Below the pieces are notes generated by a model. That model saw only the letters and a list, made by a program, of their open reading frames with translations. It had not been told where the DNA came from and searched no databases. Source: an uncultured Candidatus Rokubacteria bacterium (GTDB lineage: Bacteria; Methylomirabilota; Methylomirabilia; Rokubacteriales; CSP1-6). Taken from it: a DNA stretch of 64,000 nt. The stretch covers positions 64,001 through 128,000 of the forward strand of contig CAVVEU010000033.1 in assembly GCA_963747235.1 (NCBI GenBank), given 5' to 3'. Shown here in pieces: positions 1-12,120 of the stretch. Each line of letters begins with the position of its first letter. The first letter of the stretch is position 1. The translations under genes and the position numbers were made by a program.

Positions 1-31
1 CCGCCCGGCGGTAATCTTTCCGGAACCCCCC

Positions 32-2245
32 ATGTCCAAGACCATCCGCTATGAAGCACCCCGGCCGGCCGCCGCGCCGGGCGAGACCGTCGTCACCAGC
101 ACCTGCGGCCACAACTGCGGCGGCCGCTGCGTGGTCAACGCCCACGTGCGCGACGGCCACATCGTCAAGATCAGCACCGATCCGCGCAAGTGGACGCCGG
201 AAGAGGCGCCGCTCCACGCGTGCGTGCGCGGCTTCGGCCAGCTCGAGCGCCTGAATCATCCGGACCGCGTCACCCACCCGCTACGGCGCGTGGGCCCGCG
301 CGGCGCCGGGCAGTTCGAGCGCATCGGCTGGGACGAGGCGCTCGACGAGGTCGCGCGCCAGATGCTCCGCATCCGCGAGGCGCACGGGCCGGCGGCCATC
401 CTCGACTGCTCGCGCACCGGCAGCCTCTCGATGCTGCACAGCCGGTCCACCGTCAAGCGCCTGCTCTACATGTTCGGCGGCTGCACCGAGCTGTGGACGA
501 ACATCTCGGCGGAGGCCGAGGTCTTCGCGGTGCGCCAGACCTACGGGGCCAAGGCCGACTACAAGAGCGCGGGCCGCGAGCCCACCGACTACGTGAACTC
601 GCGGCTGATCGTCATGTGGGGCTGGAGCCCCGCCGACGGCACCTTCGGCACCGGCACGCTGCAGTACCTGAAGCTCGCCAAGAAGCGCGGCGTGAGGATC
701 ATCTGCGTGGACCCGCGGCGCACCCGCACGAGCTGGGAGCTCGCGGACCAGCACGTGTTCATCAATCCGGCGACCGACACCGCCGCGCTGATCGCGATGG
801 CGTACGTGATCCTGACCGAGGGCCTCCACGATCAGGCCTATCTCGACCGGCACGTGCTGGGCTTCGACGAGGCGCACCTGCCGCCCGGCGCGCCCGCGGG
901 CGCCTCGTACCGCAGCTATCTCCTCGGCGAGACCGACGGCGTGCCCAAGACACCCGAGTGGGCGGCCGCGATCACCGGCGTGCCCGCCGAGACCCTGCGC
1001 GCCCTCGCCATCGAGTACGCGAGCACCAAGCCCGCCGCGCTCCAGACCGGCTACGCGCCCGGGCGCACGCTCCACGGCGAGCAGTTCCACCGCGCGGCCT
1101 ACGCGCTCTGCGCGATGACCGGCAACGTGGGCATCCCGGGCGGCAACGCGGGCACCAGCAACGGCGCCACCGGGCGCGGCGGGATCCAGGCGCTCCCCAC
1201 CGGGGAGAATCCGGTGGACGGGCGGGTCTCCTCGCCGCTGCTGGCCGATCTGCTGGAGCGCGGCAAGGCGGGCGGCTACCCGGCCGACGTGAAGATGATC
1301 TACTCCTGCGCGGGCGATCTCTTCAACCAGCTCCCCAACGTGACCCGGATCCTCAAGGGCGTGGAGCGGCTCGACTTCGTGGTGGTCCAGGATCACTTCG
1401 TCACGCCGACCGCGCGCTACGCCGACATCGTGCTGCCCGCGACCACGTTCTGGGAGCGCAACGACGTCCACACCCCGTGGGCGGGCGCCGGCCACTACGC
1501 GATCTTCATGCAGCAGGCGATCGCGCCGGTGGGCGAGTGCCGGAACGATCTCGACATCTGCGCGGCCCTGGCCGAGCGCCTGGGCATCAAGGGCTACAAC
1601 GACAAGACGGAAGACGAGTGGCTGCGCGAGCTGACGAAGCACACCATCGACGACTACGAGACGTTCCGGGCCAAGGGTCTCGCGCGGCTGCCCGCCCCCG
1701 ACGACGCGGTGGCCTTCGCGAAGGAGATCCGCGATCCCGACCGGCACCCGTTCACGACGCCGTCGGGCAAGATCGAGATCTACTCGATGAGCCTGGCCGC
1801 CCGGCCGGATCCCTACGGGCTCGGATCGATCCCGCCGATCCCCACCTGGATCCCGGAGGAGGTGGACCCGCGCCATCCGCTGCGGCTCGTGACGCCCAAG
1901 TCCCGCGCGCGCACGCACTCGATCCACGACAACCAGACGATCCTGTCGCGCGCCGACCGCGACGACGTGTGGATCCACCCGGCCGACGCGGCCGCGCGCG
2001 GCATCGTGGACGGCCAGCGCGTGCGCGTGTTCAACGGGCGCGGCCGGACCCTGATCCCGGCGCGCGTCACCGATCGGGTGGCGCCCGGCGCGGTCTCGAT
2101 CAAGGAAGGCGCGTGGTTCGCCCTCGATGCGGAGGGGCAGGACACGCGCGGCTGCTCGAACTTGCTGACCGACGACCGCTCGTCACCCGCGGGCGCGACG
2201 CCGTTCAACTCCTGCTTCGTGGACGTCGAAGCCGCAGGGCGCTGA
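32..2245 (+). CDS. Molybdopterin oxidoreductase, DMSO reductase (DmsA-like) family catalytic subunit, no TAT signal
   Basis: N-terminal TCGHNCGGRC..C Fe-S motif, FERIGWDEALD, TARYADIVLPA, TPSGKIEIYS, C-terminal molydop-binding domain. Confidence 0.9.
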   Translation: MSKTIRYEAPRPAAAPGETVVTSTCGHNCGGRCVVNAHVRDGHIVKISTDPRKWTPEEAPLHACVRGFGQLERLNHPDRVTHPLRRVGPRGAGQFERIGWDEALDEVARQMLRIREAHGPAAILDCSRTGSLSMLHSRSTVKRLLYMFGGCTELWTNISAEAEVFAVRQTYGAKADYKSAGREPTDYVNSRLIVMWGWSPADGTFGTGTLQYLKLAKKRGVRIICVDPRRTRTSWELADQHVFINPATDTAALIAMAYVILTEGLHDQAYLDRHVLGFDEAHLPPGAPAGASYRSYLLGETDGVPKTPEWAAAITGVPAETLRALAIEYASTKPAALQTGYAPGRTLHGEQFHRAAYALCAMTGNVGIPGGNAGTSNGATGRGGIQALPTGENPVDGRVSSPLLADLLERGKAGGYPADVKMIYSCAGDLFNQLPNVTRILKGVERLDFVVVQDHFVTPTARYADIVLPATTFWERNDVHTPWAGAGHYAIFMQQAIAPVGECRNDLDICAALAERLGIKGYNDKTEDEWLRELTKHTIDDYETFRAKGLARLPAPDDAVAFAKEIRDPDRHPFTTPSGKIEIYSMSLAARPDPYGLGSIPPIPTWIPEEVDPRHPLRLVTPKSRARTHSIHDNQTILSRADRDDVWIHPADAAARGIVDGQRVRVFNGRGRTLIPARVTDRVAPGAVSIKEGAWFALDAEGQDTRGCSNLLTDDRSSPAGATPFNSCFVDVEAAGR

Positions 2246-2249
2246 AAAC

Positions 2250-2273
2250 GGCCCATCTGCTTCGTTGGCGCCC
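2250..2273. repeat. Dispersed intergenic repeat family A, copy 1
   Basis: GGCCCATCTGCTTCGTTGGCGCCC; 23/24 identical to 48544-48567; both copies lie between convergent genes. Confidence 0.75.
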
Positions 2274-2291
2274 TCGGTCGCGCTCCGCGGC

Positions 2292-2636
2292 CTAGTACGC
2301 CGGGATGAGCTGCAGGCGGACCCGCGTCGACCAGTCGCGCACCACCCGCACGAGCACGGTGGCCGGCCGGTAGCCGGGCGCGGTGACGGTCAGCGCGTGC
2401 AGGCCGACGCGTGCCTCCACCAGGGACGCCTGGAGGTCGTTGGCCACGCCGATCGGCTTGCCGTCGAGGCTCACCTCCGCGAACGATGGGAACGCGTTGA
2501 TGTAGAGCGCGCCACCCCGGCTGTAGCCGGAGTAGCCGTAGACCGGGCCCATGTAGGTGGTATCCGCCGCGCGGGCGTGACTCACGACGCCGGCCACCAG
2601 CAGGGGGAAAAGGACCAGGAACACGCGCAGCGACAT
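2292..2636 (-). CDS. Secreted PEGA-domain-like protein
   Basis: Signal peptide MSLRVFLVLFPLLVAGVVSHARA; LYINAFPSFAEVSLDGKPIG..GLHALTVTAPGY; GAGGAG RBS. Confidence 0.7.
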   Translation of the reverse strand: MSLRVFLVLFPLLVAGVVSHARAADTTYMGPVYGYSGYSRGGALYINAFPSFAEVSLDGKPIGVANDLQASLVEARVGLHALTVTAPGYRPATVLVRVVRDWSTRVRLQLIPAY

Positions 2637-2658
2637 GCGGAACTCTCCTCGAGATCGG

Positions 2659-3958
2659 TTAGCCGTCGGTGACACAGCGGAACTTGGCGAACACGTACGG
2701 ATAGTGCGCCTGGAACCAGTTGCGGAAGCTCGGGCGCACCAGCGGGCCGGCGGTGGCCCACGACCCGCCCTTCAGCACGTAGTGCTTGCCGTCGAAGAAG
2801 TCGGCCGAGTAGCCCTCGTAGCCCGGGATGTAGGTGGTGAAGCCGGGCAGGCCCGCGAAGACGGTGCTCGTCCACTCCCAGCCGTCGCCGACCAGGTCCT
2901 GCACGCCCCAGGGGCTCGCGCTCTCGGGATGCGTGCCCACCGGCGTGGGCGCCCAGTGACGGAAGCCGATATTGCCGTCCTCGGGCCGTCCGCCCTTCGC
3001 GGGTCCGGACGCGGCGCGATGGAACTCGGCCTCGCTCGGCAGGCGGCCGCCGCGCCAGCGCGCAAAGGCGCGGGCCTCCGCCAGGCTCACGTAGACCGGC
3101 CAGTCCGCCACCCGATCGAGCGGGAGGCGGTCGAAGAGCGTGCGATACATCCACGCGCCGTCCACCAGCTCCCACACCGCCGGATGCTCGACCGCGTCGT
3201 GGCCGCGCCACACCCAGTCCTCGTCGGTCCACAGGTCGGCGCGCTGGTAGCCGCCGTCCTCGACGAAGGCCTGGAACTGGCGATTGGTCACCGCGGTGGC
3301 GTCCATCGAGAAGGCGGGCACGTGGACCTCGAGGGCGGAGAACTCGTTGTCCCACCCGAAGGGCAGCTCGTCGAACCGGGCGCCGAGCGTGGCCGGGCCG
3401 GCCGGGATCTCGACGGGGCCGGCGGGGCGGCCGGGCCCGAGCACGTAGGGCGGCAGCCAGGCCGGACGCATCTTGCGCTCGAGCGGCAGCCGCTGCAGCA
3501 TGTACAGCAGAGTCTCCTGATGCATGTACTCGTGCTCGATCACCATGCTGAAGACGCGGCCCTCCCGGGCCATCAGGTGCGTGTCCGCGCGCGCCGCCAC
3601 CGCGTCCACGGACGCGAGCAGGGCCTCGCGCACGCGATCGCGATAGGCGACGACCTCGGCCACCGCGGGCCAGCGGTCCGGGACCTCGGGATGGTCGTGG
3701 CAATGCGTCGGATCGTCCACGTCGGGGTCGATGCCGCGCGAGAAGAGCTCGTCGAAGGCCGCGTTGAACGGGGGCCGCTCGAGCACGCCGCCGCTCACAT
3801 GGTTCCAGGCGAAGGCCGGCAGGTGGCCCAGGTAGAAGATGAACGGGTGGCGCAGCGCGATCGGCTGGGCGAGCCAGCTTCCCGGGCGCGAGGATCTCGA
3901 AGATCCGATCGGTGCGTGCCCACGCGTCGGTCAGCCGGTCCGCAATCGTCTCGACCAT
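2659..3958 (-). CDS. egtB: Ergothioneine sulfoxide synthase (DinB + FGE-sulfatase domains); frameshift near 3880
   Basis: RHPFIFYLGH, HEYMHQE iron-binding motif, RGIDPDVDDP, FGWDNE, GDGWEWT, YSADFFDGKHYVLKGGSWAT; divergent from egtD. Confidence 0.88.
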
Positions 3959-4019
3959 GTCACTCCTTCCGGGCCCCTCGGGGCCCCTGGTGGCGTCTAG
4001 CTTGCAGCAGGACGATGCC

Positions 4020-4994
4020 ATGCGCTACCGGCTAGAAATTCATACGGACGAAACGGCGCGCCAGGAGCGCCTGGAAGCGGACGTGCGCGAGGGCCTCACC
4101 GCGTGGCAGAAGTCCCTGCCGCCGAAGTACTTTTACGACCGCGCGGGGTCGCTGCTGTTCGAGCGGATCACCGAGCTGCCGGAGTATTATCCGACCCGCA
4201 CCGAGGCCGCTCTGCTGGGGGAAATTGTGCCCGGGTTGATCGGGGAAATTCTTCCCGATGACATCGTGGAAATCGGCGCCGGCTCGTCCGAGAAGACCCG
4301 CCTGATCCTGGACGCGGCCACCGCGCGGGGGCGGGCGATCCGCTACGTGCCGCTGGACGTGGACCGCCTCACCCTCGAGGCCACCGCCGCCCGGCTCACC
4401 CGGGACTACCCGGCGCTCTCCGTGCACGCGGTGGTCGGCGATTTCGAGCGGGATCTGGCCCACGTGCCGCCGCCCACCGGCCGGCGCCTCGCGCTCTTCC
4501 TGGGGAGCACCATCGGCAATCTCGACGCGCCCGAGCGGCAGCGCCTGCTCGCGGGCCTGCGCGCGCTCCTGCCCGACTCCGGCGATCGGTTGCTGCTCGG
4601 CGTGGACCTGGTCAAGGACGTCAAGGTGCTCCGGGCGGCGTACGACGACTCGGCCGGCGTCACCCGCGACTTCAACCGCAATATCCTGCACGTGATCAAC
4701 CACGCGCTGGACGGCGACTTCGAGCCCGAGGCCTTCCGCCACCACGCGTTCTACAACGAGGAGGCCTCCCGCATCGAGATGCACCTGGTGGCCGACACCG
4801 CCCAGACCGTGAAGCTCGGGCGCCTGGGGCTCACCGTCCGCTTCCAGCCCGGCGAGGGCATCTGGACCGAGAACTCCTACAAGTTCACGCGCGACGGCGT
4901 GGAGGCGATGCTGGCCGGCGCCTCGCTCGACCTCGTGCAGTGGCACGTGGACCCCGCGAACTACTTCGCCCTGGCGCTCGCCGCGCCGCGGTGA
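4020..4994 (+). CDS. egtD: L-histidine N-alpha-trimethyltransferase
   Basis: KSLPPKYFYD, LFERITELPEYYPTRTE, EIGAGSSEKT, FLGSTIGN, AYDDSAGVTRDFNRN, TENSYKF. Confidence 0.95.
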   Translation: MRYRLEIHTDETARQERLEADVREGLTAWQKSLPPKYFYDRAGSLLFERITELPEYYPTRTEAALLGEIVPGLIGEILPDDIVEIGAGSSEKTRLILDAATARGRAIRYVPLDVDRLTLEATAARLTRDYPALSVHAVVGDFERDLAHVPPPTGRRLALFLGSTIGNLDAPERQRLLAGLRALLPDSGDRLLLGVDLVKDVKVLRAAYDDSAGVTRDFNRNILHVINHALDGDFEPEAFRHHAFYNEEASRIEMHLVADTAQTVKLGRLGLTVRFQPGEGIWTENSYKFTRDGVEAMLAGASLDLVQWHVDPANYFALALAAPR

Positions 4995-5792
4995 GCGCAG
5001 CGGACGACGCCGCGTACGCGCAGCCCACCCCGCGCCTCCTCTACGTCCACGACGATCTGACCGACGAGGTGGCGCGCCACGAGGGCGTGGGCTCGCCCGC
5101 CGCCGCGCTCGCGCGCGACCTGCTCGCGCTGCTCGCCCGCGATCCGGAGCGGGTGCGCATCCTGACGCTCGGCGAGCAGGTGGAGCGCGTGGTGGCCCAG
5201 GGCGCACCACGCGCCCTTCGCGCTGGCGCTCGGGATCGGCGCGGCCGGGCAGCGCGTGGCCGAGGCCCTGCACGCGCGCGCGGGCTGGTTCCCGCGCATC
5301 CGCCGCATCGGCCTCACCCGCGAGGAGGACGGCCGCGGCGGCTACCGCGTGATCAGCACCGAGGCGGGCGATCTCGCGGCCCAGCTCGACGGCGTGGCCG
5401 ACTGCGCGTCGCTCGCGGTGGTGGACGACACCGTGTTCTCCGGACTCACGATGCGCGCCCTGATTTCGGCACTGCCCGAGGCTGCGCGCGGGCGTACCCA
5501 CGCGTTCTGCCTGCGCGGCGTCGCCGAGTCCATCGCGGCGGTGGCGGCGCTCTGTCCCATCACCGCGGGCGTCGCCGCCCCCGGGCGCCGGCTCGAGGAC
5601 GTGAGCTTCATCAACGCGAGCGGGCTGGTGCGGCGCGTGGCCATCCGGCGCGCGGGGCTGCCGCCGCTCGCGTTCTTTGACCGGCCGGAGTGGATCCGCG
5701 CGTGGTTCCCGGGCCAACACGCCGAAGTCCTCGCGGTTTGTGCAGCGTCTCAATGCGTTGCTCGACGGGTCCCCTTCCGGCTGACACCGTAG
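4991..5792 (+). CDS. Uncharacterised protein with type I phosphoribosyltransferase-like motif; frameshift near 5210
   Basis: GTGA overlap with the egtD stop; LAVVDDTVFSGLT resembles the PRPP-binding loop VVDD..xSGxT. Confidence 0.6.
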
Positions 5793-5906
5793 CTTCTCTT
5801 TCTGATTCGCTCGGCTCGCCTTCGGCTCACCTCGCAAAGCTTCGGCCGCTCGTCAGCCCGGTCAGCAGTCGACCGTCTCGGCAATGTTCGTCCCGTCTCC
5901 TCCTCA

Positions 5907-7414
5907 TCACCGCAGCCCGCGCGGCACCACCACGCGGTCGGCCAGCTCGAACAGCGCGTGAAAGACCAGCGCCATGGCCGCCGCGGGCGCCGCCCCGGCC
6001 AGGATCGTCGCGGTGTCGTCGAGCGCCAGGCCGCGCACGATCAGCGCGCCGTAGCCGCCGCCGCCGATGAAGGCGGCGAGGGTGGCCGTGCCCACCGTGG
6101 TCACCGCGGCGGTCTTGATGCCGGCCATGATCGGGATCGCGGCGAGCGGCAGCTCGATCCGGAGCAGGCGGCGCAGCGGGGCGAGGCGCAGCACGCCGGC
6201 GATCTCGAGCAGGGTGCGGTCGATCGCGATCAGGCCCGCGTAGGTGTTCCGCGCGATCGGCAGCAGCGCGTAGAGCGACAGCGCGACCAGCGCGGGGCCC
6301 TTGCCGATGCCGAACAGCGGGATCATGAACATCAGCAGCGCCAGCGCGGGCACGGTCTGGAGCATCGCGATGGCGGAGAGCTCGAGCTGGCCGGCCCGCC
6401 GGTAGCGCGCGGCGACGATGCCCATGGGGATGCCGAGCACGATCGCCACGCCCACCGAGATCAGCACGAGCAGCAGATGGTCCACGCGTGAGCGCGCCGA
6501 GCTCGGCCAGCATCTCCCGGTGGCGTCCCGCGCCCTCGCGGCGCGGCCGCGCCCAGGAACACCGCGGCCACCTCGGAGACGCGCCGGCCGTCCAGGTCGG
6601 CCATCGCGTTCAGGCGGGCCATGCGCGCGCCGTCGAGCCGGCCCTCGAGCGCCTCGCGCAGCCGCGCCCAGGTGCGCGGGTAGCGCTCGGTCATCTCCCG
6701 GCGCGCCAGGAGCACCGCGGAGTAGTCGGGGAAGAAGCGCCGGTCGTCGTCGAGGAGGCGCAGCTGCAGGCGCTCGAGCTGGCCGTCGGTGGAGAACACG
6801 TCCATGACATCCACCTGCCCGCTCGCGATCGCGCGATAGGTCAGCGCGTGCTCCATCACCTCCGTCCGGGCCAGGGTCAGGCCGTAGCGCGCGCGCAGGC
6901 CGGGCCAGCCGTCCTCGCGCTCGAGAAAGCCCGAGCTGAAGGCGGCGCGCAGCTCCGGATGCCGGGCCAGATCGCCGATGGTCCGCAGCCCGAGGCGCTC
7001 CGCCACGTCGGCGCGGACCGCGAGGGCATAGGTATTGGCGAAGCCGAGCGAGGCGCTGACCGTGAGCCCGATCGGCACGAGGCGCCCGCGAATGGCCTCC
7101 GGCGTCTCCAGCGCGCCGTCCTTCAGGAGGACGCGCGCCAGCGTGCCCGTGTATTCCGGATAGAGGTCGATCGCGCCGGATTCGAGCGCCCGGTAGGTCA
7201 GGCCGGTGCCGCCCAGGCCCACCCGCCGCTCCACGCGCGCCTCGCCGACCTGTTCGATGATCTGGGCCGCGATCTCGGCCAGGATGTAGCTCTCGGTGAA
7301 GGACTTCGAGCCCACGCGGATCAGCCCATCCGGCGCCGCGCCGGCGCCCGACGCGCTCAGCAGCAGCGCGGCGAGCGCCAGGCCGCCGAGCGTCGAGCGT
7401 GGGAGCGCGCGCAT
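5907..7414 (-). CDS. Betaine/choline/ergothioneine-type ABC transporter, substrate-binding domain plus permease (probably fused; frameshift near 6500-6540)
   Basis: GSKSFTESYILAE, IDLYPEYTGT, GFANTYAL (OpuAC family); permease QTVPALAL, LYALLPIARNTY, TLAAFIGGGGYG. Confidence 0.85.
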
Positions 7415-7417
7415 CCG

Positions 7418-10047
<2,630 letters not shown>

Positions 10048-10076
10048 GAGAGGCTGCTAAGGCCCCCTTCGATTAC

Positions 10077-10397
10077 TTAGCGCCAGTTTCCGCCGCCACC
10101 GCCGCTGCTGCGACCGCCGAACCCGCCGCCGCTGCTGCGGGGCTTGTCGGTCTTGGGCTTGGCGACCTCGACCTTCAGCGACCGCCCGTCGAGCGGGCGC
10201 TCGTTGAGCTGGGTGACCGCCTGCTGCGCCTCGTCGGCGGTTGACATCTCGACGAAGCCGAAGCCGCGGGACTGGCCGGAGAACTGGTCGGTCACGATGG
10301 CGGCCGAGACGACGGTGCCGGACTGCGTGAAGTGCGCGCGCAGGCCTTCGCTGGTGGTCGTGAATGCAATACCGCCTACATAGAGTTTCTGGGACAT
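10077..10397 (-). CDS. RRM RNA-binding protein with Gly-rich tail
   Basis: KLYVGG (RNP2), SRGFGFVEM (RNP1), GRSLKVEVA. Confidence 0.93.
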   Translation of the reverse strand: MSQKLYVGGIAFTTTSEGLRAHFTQSGTVVSAAIVTDQFSGQSRGFGFVEMSTADEAQQAVTQLNERPLDGRSLKVEVAKPKTDKPRSSGGGFGGRSSGGGGGNWR

Positions 10398-10599
10398 GAG
10401 GGTCTCCTGAATTGTGCTTCCGCACGATGGAACGTCTCTGACGCGCGGAAGGGACCGGAGACGCTGCCTGATGTGGGGGGACTCGAAGGTGAGCCGCTAC
10501 CTTGGACCAGACGACCACCAGTATACAGGCCCCCGGGGGCGGGCGTCGCCCTATTCCGGGCCCGACCGCGTGGTAGGCTAGCCCGCGAGAGCGGGTGCC

Positions 10600-11853
10600 A
10601 TGAGACTCCGGGTCCTCGGAATCGTGCTGGCGGGTGGCAAGGGCACCCGTCTCTATCCGCTGACCAAGGAGCGGGCGAAGCCGGCGGTGCCCTTCGGGGG
10701 CAAGTACCGCATCATCGACTTCGTCCTCAGCAACTTCATCAACTCGGGCATCTATTCGATCTACGTCCTGACCCAGTTCAAGAGCCAGTCGCTGCTGCAG
10801 CACCTCTCGGACGGCTGGCAGTTCGGCGGCCTGCTCAAGGACCAGTTCATCATCCCGGTGCCCGCCCAGATGCGCTCCGCCGGGGAGACGTGGTACCGGG
10901 GCACCGCCGACGCCATCTACCAGAACGTCAACCTCATCGAGCAGTCCGATCCGCACCTGGTCGCCATCTTCGGCGCCGACCACATCTACCGCATGAACAT
11001 CTCGAGCATGATCGAGTACCACGAGCAGAAGCGCGCCGAGATCACGGTGGCCGCGATCCCGGTGGATCGGCGCTACGCGGCCGAGTTCGGGGTGATCGAG
11101 ACCGCGCGGGACGGCCACATCATCGGGTTCCACGAGAAGCGCGCCGACGCGCCCACCATCCCCGGCGACCCGGACCGCGTCTACGCCTCGATGGGCAACT
11201 ACATCTTCTCGACCCGGACGCTCCTGCGCGAGCTCTACGCGGACGCGGCCCGCGAGAGCAGCACCCACGACTTCGGGCGGGACATGCTGCCCTCGCTGGT
11301 GAACCGCCTCGACATGTTCGCCTACGACTTCCAGACCAACCAGATCCCCGGCGAGGCCTCGGGCGCGGCGGTCTACTGGCGCGACGTGGGCACGATCGAC
11401 GCCTACTACGAGGCCAACATGGACCTGCGCGCGGTGAGCCCGGCGCTGAACCTCTACAACCGCCAGTGGCCGCTGCGCACCGCCAGCTACGCCGACCCGC
11501 CCGCCAAGTTCACCTTCGACGACGACGGCCGGCGCGGCCAGGCCATCGACTCGATGGTCTCGGGCGGCTGCATCCTCTCGGGCGGCATGGTGCGCAACTC
11601 GGTGCTGGGCCGCCACGTGCGGGTGCACACCGGCGCGGTGGTGGAGGACTCGGTGATCCTCGACAACTGCGACATCGGCCGGCGGGCGCGGATCCGGCGG
11701 GCCATTCTCGACAAGAACGTGCGGATCCCCGAGGGGGCGACCGTCGGGTACGACCTCGAGCTGGATAAGCGGCGGCACCATGTCACCGAGTCCGGGATCG
11801 TCGTCGTCGAAGGTCTGCGGTCCTCGGTCGATATCGCGTCGATCGTCATCTGA
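10600..11853 (+). CDS. glgC: Glucose-1-phosphate adenylyltransferase
   Basis: LAGGKGTRLYPLT, RAKPAVPFGGKYRIIDF, WYRGTADA, ASMGNYIF, YWRDVGT. Confidence 0.97.
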   Translation: MRLRVLGIVLAGGKGTRLYPLTKERAKPAVPFGGKYRIIDFVLSNFINSGIYSIYVLTQFKSQSLLQHLSDGWQFGGLLKDQFIIPVPAQMRSAGETWYRGTADAIYQNVNLIEQSDPHLVAIFGADHIYRMNISSMIEYHEQKRAEITVAAIPVDRRYAAEFGVIETARDGHIIGFHEKRADAPTIPGDPDRVYASMGNYIFSTRTLLRELYADAARESSTHDFGRDMLPSLVNRLDMFAYDFQTNQIPGEASGAAVYWRDVGTIDAYYEANMDLRAVSPALNLYNRQWPLRTASYADPPAKFTFDDDGRRGQAIDSMVSGGCILSGGMVRNSVLGRHVRVHTGAVVEDSVILDNCDIGRRARIRRAILDKNVRIPEGATVGYDLELDKRRHHVTESGIVVVEGLRSSVDIASIVI

Positions 11854-11878
11854 CGCGCGCGCGCGTCGCGGCCGCTGA

Positions 11879-12042
11879 CGGAGCGACCGGGCCGGGGGGC
11901 GGGGGGTGGGCCTCTACCCACGACACGCTGTCTGGTCTTCTGCGAATAGCAGTTCCCAATCTGGGAGGGCGAGGTTCCTGGCTTTCGTTGGCGGGGAACG
12001 GGGTACCCGGCCCACCCCCCGCCCCCCGGCCCGGCCGCTCCG
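11879..12042. repeat. Long rod-like structured element, copy 1
   Basis: 34-bp inverted arms (11879-11912 / 12009-12042, 1 mismatch) around a 96-nt core homologous to 51054-51150. Confidence 0.85.
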
Positions 12043-12120
12043 CCGTGAGGTTCCTCTATTCTTTCTATTCCAGCGTTAGCATGCGGCAGTGAGCAACGGC
12101 CTGCGCGGCAGTGCGGTGGC

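Noticed and set aside
2659-3958. Selenoneine (SenA) or ovothiol (OvoA) synthase assignment
   Set aside because: No senB/selD neighbours and no C-terminal methyltransferase domain; adjacent egtD favours ergothioneine
11879-12042. Calling the rod element 6S RNA or a simple terminator
   Set aside because: There are multiple diverged copies, no U-tract and no recognisable 6S motifs; left unassigned
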